A DNA stretch of 40,722 bases from Candidatus Altimarinota bacterium (GCA_027028725.1 JALVIB010000013.1:1-40722), one strand, 5' to 3'. Counted from the stretch's first letter, positions 8,220 through 16,189 are shown. Numbers and translations are program-made. Notes: generated from the letters alone by a model not told the origin.

Positions 8220-9275
8220 TTATAAATTCCCCATTCCGAGAATTCCTAAAATTAGTCCGATAATCCCAAATCCCGCTCCAATAATCCAAAATCGCGTTGT
8301 GATTTGGGCTTCTGACCAGCCAATTGCTTCAAAATGATGATGAATTGGCGCGATTTTAAAGAGCTTTTTCCCAAATTTCTTTTTCCAGAAAAGCTGTAAA
8401 ATGACTGATAAAGTTTCCGCGATAAAAACTCCACAAACAATTATGAGAACAATTACCGAATTCGTCAACATCGCGATAACTCCTAAAGTTGCTCCCAAAG
8501 CGAGCGATCCAGTGTCGCCCATGTAAATTTTCGCGGGCGGAACATTAAACCATAGAAAAGCAACTAAGCTAGCAACAATCATCGCGCAAAAAACCGCGAG
8601 AATTGGTAGTCCGTAAAAGTAAGAAATTACCGAAAAAACCCCAAAAGCAATTGCCAAAAGTCCGCCAGCAAGCCCATCTAAACCATCTGTAATATTGACC
8701 GCATTGGAAGTTCCCACGACTACGAAAATAAAAAGTGGCGCATACCATAAACCAATATCAAAATCCCCTATTCCCGGAATATGAATAATTGACCAACCTA
8801 ATTTGAAAGAAAACCAAAGCGCTCCCAAAACCGCAAAAAGCACTAGCGACCAAAGTTTTACTTTCGCGGAAAGTCCTTTTTGTGCGCTTCTTTCGGTGAT
8901 GTTTAGATAATCATCAATCAACCCCAGAACTCCAACTGATAATAAAGTCGCAATTGGCAAATAAGTTTCTCCACGATTGAGAATAGAGTGATCCAAAATT
9001 CCAAAATAAGATAAAACCCGCGAAAAAATCACTACCAACAAAACCGCTGCAATAACCAAAGCTCCCCCCATCGTCGGTGTCCCCGATTTATGCGCATGCA
9101 AAGCGGAAAACAAAGGTGATTTTTTACCATCTAATCCTTGGGAACGAATTTTTTGCGTTAGTTTGAATTTCTGAATTAATTTAATAAATTTGGGAAAAAA
9201 ACTGATTACTAATAAAAAAACCAGTCCCGAATAGGAAAAAATTTCAATCAAATTAGCAATGTGTATTTCCTTCAT
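8220..9275 (-). CDS. mraY: phospho-N-acetylmuramoyl-pentapeptide transferase
   Basis: Multi-TM protein with NAVNITDGLDGLAGG, YMGDTGSLALG and APIHHHFE blocks. Confidence 0.95.
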   Translation of the reverse strand: MKEIHIANLIEIFSYSGLVFLLVISFFPKFIKLIQKFKLTQKIRSQGLDGKKSPLFSALHAHKSGTPTMGGALVIAAVLLVVIFSRVLSYFGILDHSILNRGETYLPIATLLSVGVLGLIDDYLNITERSAQKGLSAKVKLWSLVLFAVLGALWFSFKLGWSIIHIPGIGDFDIGLWYAPLFIFVVVGTSNAVNITDGLDGLAGGLLAIAFGVFSVISYFYGLPILAVFCAMIVASLVAFLWFNVPPAKIYMGDTGSLALGATLGVIAMLTNSVIVLIIVCGVFIAETLSVILQLFWKKKFGKKLFKIAPIHHHFEAIGWSEAQITTRFWIIGAGFGIIGLILGILGMGNL

Positions 9276-9377
9276 CTGTAAATAATAATCTCGCGGGAAT
9301 TTTAGGGAAACTCCTTCGTCTTGTAAACAAAAAAGAATTCAGAGACTTTTCCTAATTTTTTCGCGGGATTTTGGAAA

Positions 9378-9401
9378 GTATGAATTCAAATTCACGCCTA
9401 C
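9378..9401 (-). repeat. REP-like hairpin (imperfect stem)
   Basis: GTATGAATTCAAATTCACGC + CTAC, in the same GGAAAG...CCTACAA context as the other copies. Confidence 0.55.
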
Positions 9402-9510
9402 AATTTTTTCATATTTCCGAAAGCACGAATTCTGTCCCCCTCATTGAGGGGGAATAAATACGAAGAATGAGTATTTCAGGGGGAGCTAAAAAATCGCGGG
9501 AATTTGGTAA

Positions 9511-9534
9511 GCGCGACGGCGCCGTCGCGCCTAC
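9511..9534 (-). repeat. REP-like hairpin
   Basis: GCGCGACGGCGCCGTCGCGC + CTAC. Confidence 0.8.
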
Positions 9535-9552
9535 AAAAAAAGAATAATTTTT

Positions 9553-9578
9553 AGGGCTGGTATAAGACCTGCCCCTAC
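9553..9578 (-). repeat. REP-like hairpin
   Basis: AGGGCTGG-TATAAGA-CCTGCCCCTAC (one stem mismatch). Confidence 0.7.
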
Positions 9579-9587
9579 AAAGTAAAT

Positions 9588-9609
9588 GGCGATTGATAAT
9601 CGCCCCTAC
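9588..9609 (-). repeat. REP-like hairpin, left copy flanking rplS
   Basis: GGCGATTGATAATCGCCCCTAC. Exact reverse complement of 10240-10261. Confidence 0.85.
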
Positions 9610-9611
9610 AA

Positions 9612-9643
9612 AACTATTAACTTCTAACTATTAACTATTAATT
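9612..9643 (+). repeat. AACTATTAAC tandem module
   Basis: AACTATTAACTTCTAACTATTAACTATTAATTT followed by CCCCAAAATCCCGCGAAATTT. Just 3' of the rplS stop. The final ~40 nt (module end plus motif) are identical to 8178-8220. Confidence 0.8.
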
Positions 9644-9653
9644 TCCCCAAAAT

Positions 9654-9661
9654 CCCGCGAA
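9654..9661 (+). repeat. short motif core, 2 nt after the rplS stop
   Basis: Minus-strand reading is TAAATTTCGCGGGATTTTGGGG. Confidence 0.9.
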
Positions 9662-9663
9662 AT

Positions 9664-10101
9664 TTAGCTTGCTGCTTCTTCTGTTTTTTCTTCGGCTACT
9701 TCTTCTTTGGCAATTTCTTTAACTGGTTTTTCAAAAGTTTTGAAAGTCACTTCTTTTTTAATTTCTTTCAATCGTAGAGCTTTACCTTGTCTTTCTCGCA
9801 AGTAGTTCAATTTAGCTCGGCGAACTTTTTGGGAACGCATCACTTCAATCTCGACAATGTTTGGGGAGTGAATTGGGAAAACTTTCTCAACTCCAACTCC
9901 AGAAGCAATTCTTCGTACAGTGAAAGTAGAATTAACTCCGTGTCCAGGATTTACCGCGATAACCGTTCCTTGAAAAACCTGAATACGAGTTTTATTTCCT
10001 TCTTTAATTTTTTGGTGAACTTTAACAATCTGTCCTGGAATTAAGTTTGGTACTTTGTCCTTGCAGTGTTTAAGAGTGAAATCGCGTAAAATTTGAGACA
10101 T
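9664..10101 (-). CDS. rplS: 50S ribosomal protein L19 with an acidic C-terminal extension
   Basis: GQIVKVHQKIKEGNKTRIQVFQGTVIA, TFTVRRIASGVGVEKVFPIHSP, RRAKLNYLR blocks. Confidence 0.93.
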   Translation of the reverse strand: MSQILRDFTLKHCKDKVPNLIPGQIVKVHQKIKEGNKTRIQVFQGTVIAVNPGHGVNSTFTVRRIASGVGVEKVFPIHSPNIVEIEVMRSQKVRRAKLNYLRERQGKALRLKEIKKEVTFKTFEKPVKEIAKEEVAEEKTEEAAS

Positions 10102-10239
10102 TTTTAAATTAATTAAGTCAAAATCAGGCGAATACTAATAATTTTGTTTTTTCTGGCAAGTTTTTTCGCGGGATTTTGAGATAGCGAAAAAGTCAACAAG
10201 TCGAAAAGACAAAAATTTAGTTTACAAGTTCGCAAGCAA

Positions 10240-10261
10240 GTAGGGGCGATTATCAATCGCC
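10240..10261 (+). repeat. REP-like hairpin, right copy flanking rplS
   Basis: GTAGGGGCGATTATCAATCGCC. Confidence 0.85.
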
Positions 10262-10321
10262 TATATAAAAAAAATCCCGCGAAATTTTGAGCTAACACAA
10301 GATTAGAACCTGCATAAATTA

Positions 10322-10517
10322 TTAAGGAAACTCTGATAAATAACGCAAAATAGAAAATTTTAAGATTTTTGAGATAATTTTTTTGAGAAATTGATTTTCG
10401 TAGCGGGCTACGGAAATCACTATTTCGAGGGAAAATTAGCCAAAAAGATGAATTTTGTTTTTGCGCCTGCCTAATTCCTTTATTGTGTAGAATTTTTATT
10501 TATCAGAATTTCCTTAA
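10322..10517. mobile_element. 196-bp element bounded by 21-bp inverted repeats (candidate MITE or long hairpin)
   Basis: TTAAGGAAACTCTGATAAATA (10322-10342) versus TATTTATCAGAATTTCCTTAA (10497-10517): 20 of 21 complementary. Internal hairpin CGTAGC-GG-GCTACG. Non-coding. Confidence 0.5.
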
Positions 10518-10543
10518 CTATTAACTTTTAACTATTAATTTTT
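10516..10543 (+). repeat. AACTATTAAC tandem module
   Basis: AACTATTAACTTTTAACTATTAATTTTT followed by GTAAATCCCGCGAATTTTT. 34 nt upstream of the mutL start. Confidence 0.8.
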
Positions 10544-10576
10544 GTAAATCCCGCGAATTTTTCTAAAATACTTCCG

Positions 10577-12460
10577 ATGTCTATTCAGGTTTTGCCTCCC
10601 GAAATCGCTAATCAAATTGCCGCCGGTGAAGTTGTCGAAAGACCCGCCAGCGTGGTCAAAGAATGCGTTGAAAATTCCCTCGATGCCGGCGCGAAAAATA
10701 TTGAAATTCATATTTCAGACGGCGGAAAAGAACTGATTAAAATCATCGATGATGGGAAAGGAATGTCGCCTGAAGACGCGAAAAAATGCCATTTGCGACA
10801 CGCTACTTCTAAAATTTCTAAAATCGATGACTTATTTACAGTGCAATCTTTTGGTTTTCGCGGAGAAGCACTTGCCGCAATTTCTGCGGTTTCGGATTTT
10901 ACTTTGATTACGAAACGCGCGGAAGACGAAACCGGAACAAAAATCCAAATTTTCGCGGGAAAAAATATCACCGAATCCCCTGCTCCCGCCAATACCGGGA
11001 CAACGATTGAGATTAGAAAATTATTCTATCCAACTCCGGCTCGTTTGGCTCATTTAAAGACAAATGCGACCGAAATTCGCGAAATTTCGCGGGAAATTCA
11101 AGCTTTTGCGCTAGCTAATCCGCAAGTTAGTTTTAAGTTTTTTAAGGACGACAAACTTGCTCTGGATTTGCCGGCAACGGATAAAAAAACGCGTGTAGCC
11201 GAAATTTTGAAAGAAAATCCCGATGACTTGGCAGAAGTTTTCTTTAAATCCCGCGAAATTTCTATTTCCGGATTTCTCATTAAACCGGGAAAATGTGTTT
11301 CTAATAAAAAATCTCAATTTTTGTTTGTAAACGGACGCCGAATCGAAGACTATAAATTAGCTTACGCCATTCGTGAAGCGTATGTGCAGTCGGCAGGAAT
11401 TGAGCATCACTTGCATCCAAAATTCGCGATATTTATCGAAATTGATCCGATTTTGGTCGATGTAAATGTTCATCCGCGGAAATTGGAAGTGAAATTTGCG
11501 GAAGCGGGCGATGTTTTTCGCGCGGTCAAGCAGGCGTGTGTTTCGGCTTTGGAAAAAGTCCACACTACTCCTTTTTCTGGATTTGTAGGGACAGGTCGCG
11601 ACCTGTCCGCCCAAAATAGTCAAAATTTCGCGGGATTTCAGCCCTCACCCCAAACCCTCTCCCCGAGGGAGAGGGAGTTCTCATCAAACGGAAGAAAAAA
11701 TTATCAATCTTTTGGAATAAATAATAACGCGCACAAAATCCCGCGAAATTATCCGAAAATGTCCAAGTCCGGACTTAATACATATTCAAACACATCAAGT
11801 CCGGACTTAAAAACATTTTCTACTCAAAACTTTGAGCGAAATTTACAAAACACAGGCAATTTTCCACTTCCAGAAGAAAAAAATATTGTGCCAACCGGCG
11901 AACTAAAACTCATCGGGCAAATTTCGCGAAAATACATTATGGCGGAGGCGGAAAACGGGATTTGGATATTTGATCAGCATGCTTTGCACGAACGCCAGCG
12001 CTTTGAAGAGTTTTGGAAATCCCGCGAAAAATTGACCAAGGAAATTCAAAAATTACTTGTTCCGTATGTCTTAAAAATTGAAGACGAAGATTGGGAAACA
12101 ATTTGGCAAAATCGCTCGGAATTACAAAAACTTGGTTTTGAATTTAGCGAAAACAAAGAAGTTTTAGCCGTTCCCAAAATTCTAGTCAAAGAAAATCTTG
12201 ACCAAATTTTCGCGGGATTTTCGCAGTATTTTTCCGAAAATAAAGTCGGTGAAACGCCAGTTGATCGATTTTTACGAAAAATTCTGGAATACAAAAGTTG
12301 TCGTGGTGCGGTAATGTTTGGTGATAAAATGGAACCTGCCGAAATGCAAAAACTTTTGGACGATTTCCAGACTACGCAATGGCGAAATCTCTGTCCACAC
12401 GGCCGTCCAAATCATATTTTTTGGAGTTTTGATGATTTAGACAGAGAGTTTCATCGGTAA
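10577..12460 (+). CDS. mutL: DNA mismatch repair protein MutL
   Basis: N-terminal GHKL ATPase blocks (IQVLPPEIANQIAAGEVVERPASVVKECVENSLDAGA, DDGKGM, FGFRGEAL). C-terminal dimerisation domain with QHALHERQ and CPHGRP. The linker (about 11585-11810) is built from repeats. Confidence 0.93.
   Translation: MSIQVLPPEIANQIAAGEVVERPASVVKECVENSLDAGAKNIEIHISDGGKELIKIIDDGKGMSPEDAKKCHLRHATSKISKIDDLFTVQSFGFRGEALAAISAVSDFTLITKRAEDETGTKIQIFAGKNITESPAPANTGTTIEIRKLFYPTPARLAHLKTNATEIREISREIQAFALANPQVSFKFFKDDKLALDLPATDKKTRVAEILKENPDDLAEVFFKSREISISGFLIKPGKCVSNKKSQFLFVNGRRIEDYKLAYAIREAYVQSAGIEHHLHPKFAIFIEIDPILVDVNVHPRKLEVKFAEAGDVFRAVKQACVSALEKVHTTPFSGFVGTGRDLSAQNSQNFAGFQPSPQTLSPREREFSSNGRKNYQSFGINNNAHKIPRNYPKMSKSGLNTYSNTSSPDLKTFSTQNFERNLQNTGNFPLPEEKNIVPTGELKLIGQISRKYIMAEAENGIWIFDQHALHERQRFEEFWKSREKLTKEIQKLLVPYVLKIEDEDWETIWQNRSELQKLGFEFSENKEVLAVPKILVKENLDQIFAGFSQYFSENKVGETPVDRFLRKILEYKSCRGAVMFGDKMEPAEMQKLLDDFQTTQWRNLCPHGRPNHIFWSFDDLDREFHR
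11585..11608 (+). repeat. REP-like hairpin embedded in frame in the mutL linker
   Basis: GTAG + GGACAGGTCGCGACCTGTCC (perfect 20-nt palindrome). Translated as VGTGRDLS. Confidence 0.8.
11765..11776. repeat. AAGTCCGGACTT 12-nt perfect palindrome (in the mutL linker)
   Basis: Exact 12-mer, read as KSGL. Confidence 0.85.
11797..11808. repeat. AAGTCCGGACTT palindrome (in the mutL linker, different frame)
   Basis: Exact 12-mer, read as SPDL. Confidence 0.85.
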
Positions 12461-12463
12461 AAT

Positions 12464-12471
12464 CCCGCGAA
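12464..12471 (+). repeat. short motif core, 3 nt after the mutL stop
   Basis: TAAAATCCCGCGAAAAATTT. Confidence 0.9.
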
Positions 12472-12512
12472 AAATTTGATTTATAATATTTTTTGTGTTT
12501 TATTTAGATTAA

Positions 12513-13133
12513 ATGAAATTTAAAAATAAATTATTAATAGGTGGGTCTATCGTTTTAGGAAGCGTAACTATTGGTCTATTTCTAAATAATAAAAAAGAAA
12601 TCGCAAGGTTTGAGAATATAACAAAAGGAAAAATTGCAAAAATCATCGAAAATGAAGCAAAAATATATAAACAAGATCCTAAACTTTTAAAAACCTGTGC
12701 TCTTACTGAATCATTAAATAGTAACACGCCAAATGTTTTTCAATTAGAAACTAAGACTTACATAGAAATTGCTATAGAATTGTATCATGCTGGTCATACC
12801 GATATCGATACAACTTCTGCAGGTCTTAATAATTTAGAATCAAGTATTAAATGTGGAGTTAAGCATTTTTCGCGACTTTTATACAAATACAGTGATCATT
12901 ATGGTGGAAATTACAAATCTTATTATCCTCAAATACAAAAAATAATATCTGATCAGGGACTCAATAATCTATCTCCAGTTGTAGTTATGTCCTTGATAGC
13001 ACACAATCGTGGTGAAGGGAATATGGATAAGTGGCTCAAAAATGGTTGTAATTTTAAAGATTTACCAAGGATAACTAAAGAACATATTGCAAGGGCCGAT
13101 CGCAATATGCGTTGGATGCGAAAAAGCGCTTAA
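12513..13133 (+). CDS. membrane-anchored protein, possibly a lytic transglycosylase (SLT-like)
   Basis: 206 aa. N-terminal TM helix. TES...NVFQLE and AHNRGEGN loosely resemble the ES / LMQ / AYNxG blocks of family-1 lytic transglycosylases. Very AT-rich, with no CCCGCGAA motif. Confidence 0.35.
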   Translation: MKFKNKLLIGGSIVLGSVTIGLFLNNKKEIARFENITKGKIAKIIENEAKIYKQDPKLLKTCALTESLNSNTPNVFQLETKTYIEIAIELYHAGHTDIDTTSAGLNNLESSIKCGVKHFSRLLYKYSDHYGGNYKSYYPQIQKIISDQGLNNLSPVVVMSLIAHNRGEGNMDKWLKNGCNFKDLPRITKEHIARADRNMRWMRKSA

Positions 13134-13142
13134 TTAAAAAAA

Positions 13143-14525
13143 TTATCCAACAAACCTCTTTAAAACGCCAACTAAAATTTCTTTCTTTTCGGCGAGAGAT
13201 TTTTCATCGCGAGCTTCAATCCGAATGGAAATTTTTGGTGAAGTGTTGGAACAACGAATAATCCCCCACTCCAAGTTTCCAAATTCCACGCGAACTCCGT
13301 CTGTCGTGTCTGCATCAGGATATTTTTCGACTAAAATCCCGCGAATTTTTTCTAAAATTTCAAATTTTTCTTCGTCCGGAACACTGAATTTTTCGGAAAA
13401 CTCTAATAAAGTTGGCCAATGCACCAGAGTTTCTGCCAAAAGTTGCGGGAAAGATTGAATCGCCGTAATAAAGCGTAATCCCGCGAGAATTGCATCATCG
13501 TGTCCGTAAAAATTTTCGCCGAACATAAAGTGTCCACTCTGTTCTCCTCCTAATTTCGCGGGAATTTCGTGCATTTTTTCTTCGATATAAGAATGCCCGG
13601 TTTTGGAAAAAACAGGTTTTCCACCAATCTCGCGAATTTTTTCCGCCAGAGCTGTAGAACTCATCGCGTCAATTACAATCGACTCTCCAGGGTTTCGAGA
13701 AAGAAAATCCGCCGCCAAAATATACATAATTTTATCTGCGGAAAAAATTTCTCCTTCCTTGGAAACAATTCCAATTCGGTCGCCGTCTCCATCAAAAGCA
13801 AATCCGAAATCAGCTTTATTTTCGCGGGTTTTTTGGATTAAGTCTTGCAAATTTTCCACGCGTTCCGGATCTGGCTGATGATTGGGAAAAGTCGTATCCA
13901 AATCACAATACAGCTCAATCACATTGTGTCCAAATTCGCGCAAAATCTGCGGATAATAAAGTCCCGCCACTCCGTTTCCCGCATCAACAACGATGTTTAG
14001 AAGTTTTTGTTTTGGCGTAATTTCCTGCAATTTTTCTAAATATTCCGCGAAAAAATCGACTTTTTGGCAATTATTATCGCAAATTCCCATATCTTTTGCC
14101 AACAAGCACTTCGTGCATTCCGCCATTTTGGCGATTTTTTGCAGTTCTGCTCCGCAGACCGAGCCATTTTTGTCCATAAATTTTAGACCATTATCTTTCG
14201 CGGGATTATGGGAAGCGGTAATTTGCACCGTCGCGTTAAAACCAGCGTCATTGAAATAAAAATAATTCATTGGACTAGTAATTGTTCCGCCCCAAACAAC
14301 TTCTGCGCCAACTGATTCAAGTCCACCGACAACGGCCGGCCAAAGCTCCGGCATAGATTGTCGTCCGTCCCCAGCGACAAAAATTCGCGGGTTTTTAAGA
14401 TTGAATTTATCTTTAATATATCGTCCAAAAGCCGCCGCCGTCACAAAAAATCCGTCTTCGTCAAAGTCTTTAAAAGCTTCTCCGCGAATATCGTAAGCTC
14501 GGAATATTTTTTTGTTTAAAATCAT
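13143..14525 (-). CDS. phosphomannomutase/phosphoglucomutase (alpha-D-phosphohexomutase)
   Basis: FRAYDIRG, active-site TASHNPAKDNG, metal loop FDGDGDR, sugar loop GGEQSGH. Confidence 0.88.
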   Translation of the reverse strand: MILNKKIFRAYDIRGEAFKDFDEDGFFVTAAAFGRYIKDKFNLKNPRIFVAGDGRQSMPELWPAVVGGLESVGAEVVWGGTITSPMNYFYFNDAGFNATVQITASHNPAKDNGLKFMDKNGSVCGAELQKIAKMAECTKCLLAKDMGICDNNCQKVDFFAEYLEKLQEITPKQKLLNIVVDAGNGVAGLYYPQILREFGHNVIELYCDLDTTFPNHQPDPERVENLQDLIQKTRENKADFGFAFDGDGDRIGIVSKEGEIFSADKIMYILAADFLSRNPGESIVIDAMSSTALAEKIREIGGKPVFSKTGHSYIEEKMHEIPAKLGGEQSGHFMFGENFYGHDDAILAGLRFITAIQSFPQLLAETLVHWPTLLEFSEKFSVPDEEKFEILEKIRGILVEKYPDADTTDGVRVEFGNLEWGIIRCSNTSPKISIRIEARDEKSLAEKKEILVGVLKRFVG

Positions 14526-14645
14526 TTGGAAAAATAAAATTTCGCGGAAATATTAACTCAATTTCCCCAATTATGCTAAAAAAATTTGACTATAAATGAA
14601 ATTCCGCGAAAATTTAGGGGAACTATAATTTTTAACCAATAAAAA

Positions 14646-15140
14646 ATGAAAAAAATAGCTTTACTTCTAGCGATTGCCATTATGGCACCAGCATTGTCAT
14701 TCGCTATCCCTGCTTATCCAGAAAGCCACACTGCACCTACAACAATTAATTTTGAAGCATTGCGAAATTACCTACGCAGCCGAAATTTCTTACACCGAAA
14801 ATTTAATAACGGTTTGCGATCTTGGGAATTTAAGCCTCATGTTTACAAAGCTAAACGATTGCAATACAAAAATGTTAACGCCAAGAAAAAACCAACTTTT
14901 CCTGGAGTTGAATACAAAAAGCTATGTTTCCACTGGAAAAATTGCGTAAAACGCGTTTACCAAGCATCTAATGGATACGACAAAGCTTTTGAAAAATATC
15001 CTGGTGATACAAAAGTTGCTGGACCTAAAAAATTAGATTTAGCTTTTATGCCAAACCGAGAACGAAAATTAGGAGCTCGCGAAATTAGAAGTGGAAAATA
15101 TAAATTACTACACTGGAATATTGATTCACGAAACCACTAG
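14646..15140 (+). CDS. small basic secreted protein, unknown function
   Basis: 164 aa. Signal peptide MKKIALLLAIAIMAPALSFA. Followed by a hairpin plus T-run. No CCCGCGAA motif inside. Confidence 0.5.
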   Translation: MKKIALLLAIAIMAPALSFAIPAYPESHTAPTTINFEALRNYLRSRNFLHRKFNNGLRSWEFKPHVYKAKRLQYKNVNAKKKPTFPGVEYKKLCFHWKNCVKRVYQASNGYDKAFEKYPGDTKVAGPKKLDLAFMPNRERKLGAREIRSGKYKLLHWNIDSRNH

Positions 15141-15157
15141 TTTAGAGAATTAAATAC

Positions 15158-15190
15158 AAAAAAAGACGGCTCACGGAGTCGTTTTTTTTA
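15158..15190 (+). terminator. Rho-independent terminator after the 164-aa gene
   Basis: AAAAAAAG-ACGGCTC-ACG-GAGTCGT-TTTTTTT: 7-bp stem with one G-U pair, followed by a T-run. Confidence 0.65.
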
Positions 15191-15227
15191 TTTTAAAATT
15201 TCGCGGGATTTTGCTAATCTACCAAAG

Positions 15228-16067
15228 ATGAATTTCGACGGATTTTACTTAATTGATAAAGAAAAAGGCTGGACCAGTTTTGATGTTTGTGCCAAATTGC
15301 GTCGTTTATTTAAAACCCGCAAAGTTGGACATACCGGGACGCTTGATCCTTTCGCTACAGGACTTTTGATTGTTGCGGTAGGAAAATGTACCAAACTAAT
15401 CCCCTTTCTCGAAAAAGATCGTAAAACATATATTACCAAAATTGTTTTCGGACAAACTTCTGACACACTTGATCCCGAATCTGAAATAAGGGAAGAAAAA
15501 TCCCGCGAAATTTCGCTGGCAGAAGTTCAAAAAGTGCTTACTGAAAAATTCACAGGAAAAATCCAGCAAACTCCACCGCAATTTTCCGCGATTAAAATAA
15601 ATGGTAAAAAAGCTTGTGATTTAGCTAGAAAAGGCGAAAAAGTTGAACTAAAATCTCGCGAAACGGAGATTTTTTCCGCGAAAATTTTGTCTTATAATTT
15701 TCCAGAATTGGAAATCGAGTTGGAAACCTCCGCGGGATTTTATGTGCGGTCTTTTGCCCGAGATTTAGCGCAAGAATTAGGAACTTGCGGGATGTGTCAG
15801 GAATTACGGAGAACAAAAATTCGCGGGATTTCTGTTGAGGATGCAGTTAAAATTGAGGAAATTTCCACCCCCATTGATCCCAAATTTATATTAACCAACC
15901 TACCGCAACGAGAGATTCCAGCTGGTCGTGTGCAAGACTTTATCGCCGGTCGCGCCTTTAATTTCGCGGGAATTGATAGAGAAAAAATCCTTGTTTTAGT
16001 TGGCGGAAAATCTATCGGTGTTGGGGAAATGTTGCATGGAAAATTACAACCACGAATTGTGCTGTAA
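15228..16067 (+). CDS. truB: tRNA pseudouridine(55) synthase
   Basis: GWTSFDV...GHTGTLDPFATGLL catalytic-Asp block and overall TruB length. Confidence 0.9.
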   Translation: MNFDGFYLIDKEKGWTSFDVCAKLRRLFKTRKVGHTGTLDPFATGLLIVAVGKCTKLIPFLEKDRKTYITKIVFGQTSDTLDPESEIREEKSREISLAEVQKVLTEKFTGKIQQTPPQFSAIKINGKKACDLARKGEKVELKSRETEIFSAKILSYNFPELEIELETSAGFYVRSFARDLAQELGTCGMCQELRRTKIRGISVEDAVKIEEISTPIDPKFILTNLPQREIPAGRVQDFIAGRAFNFAGIDREKILVLVGGKSIGVGEMLHGKLQPRIVL

Positions 16068-16110
16068 AAAAATGCCCGAAGAACAAGAGAAGCTCAGAGA
16101 TTAGAATAAT

Positions 16111-16146
16111 AAAAAAGCACAACCGTGTAGCCGTGCTTATATTTTT
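16111..16146. terminator. weak hairpin between the convergent truB and trxA genes
   Basis: AAAAAAGCAC-(12-nt loop)-GTGCTTATATTTTT. The short stem and large loop make this tentative. Confidence 0.35.
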
Positions 16147-16160
16147 GAAAACCTAAATTG

Positions 16161-16189
16161 TTAACTATTAACTTTTAACTATTAACTTT
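16161..16189 (+). repeat. AACTATTAAC tandem module
   Basis: TTAACTATTAACTTTTAACTATTAACTTT. Ends 4 nt from the trxA stop. Confidence 0.8.

Noticed and set aside
10113-10298. 61-aa ORF (also 5926-6132 and 4935-5222) in repeat-rich spacers or overlapping trmD.
   Set aside because: The translations are read straight through REP and motif copies (…NFAGFF…, …KIPRCAPQGGGNF…), so these are repeat artefacts.
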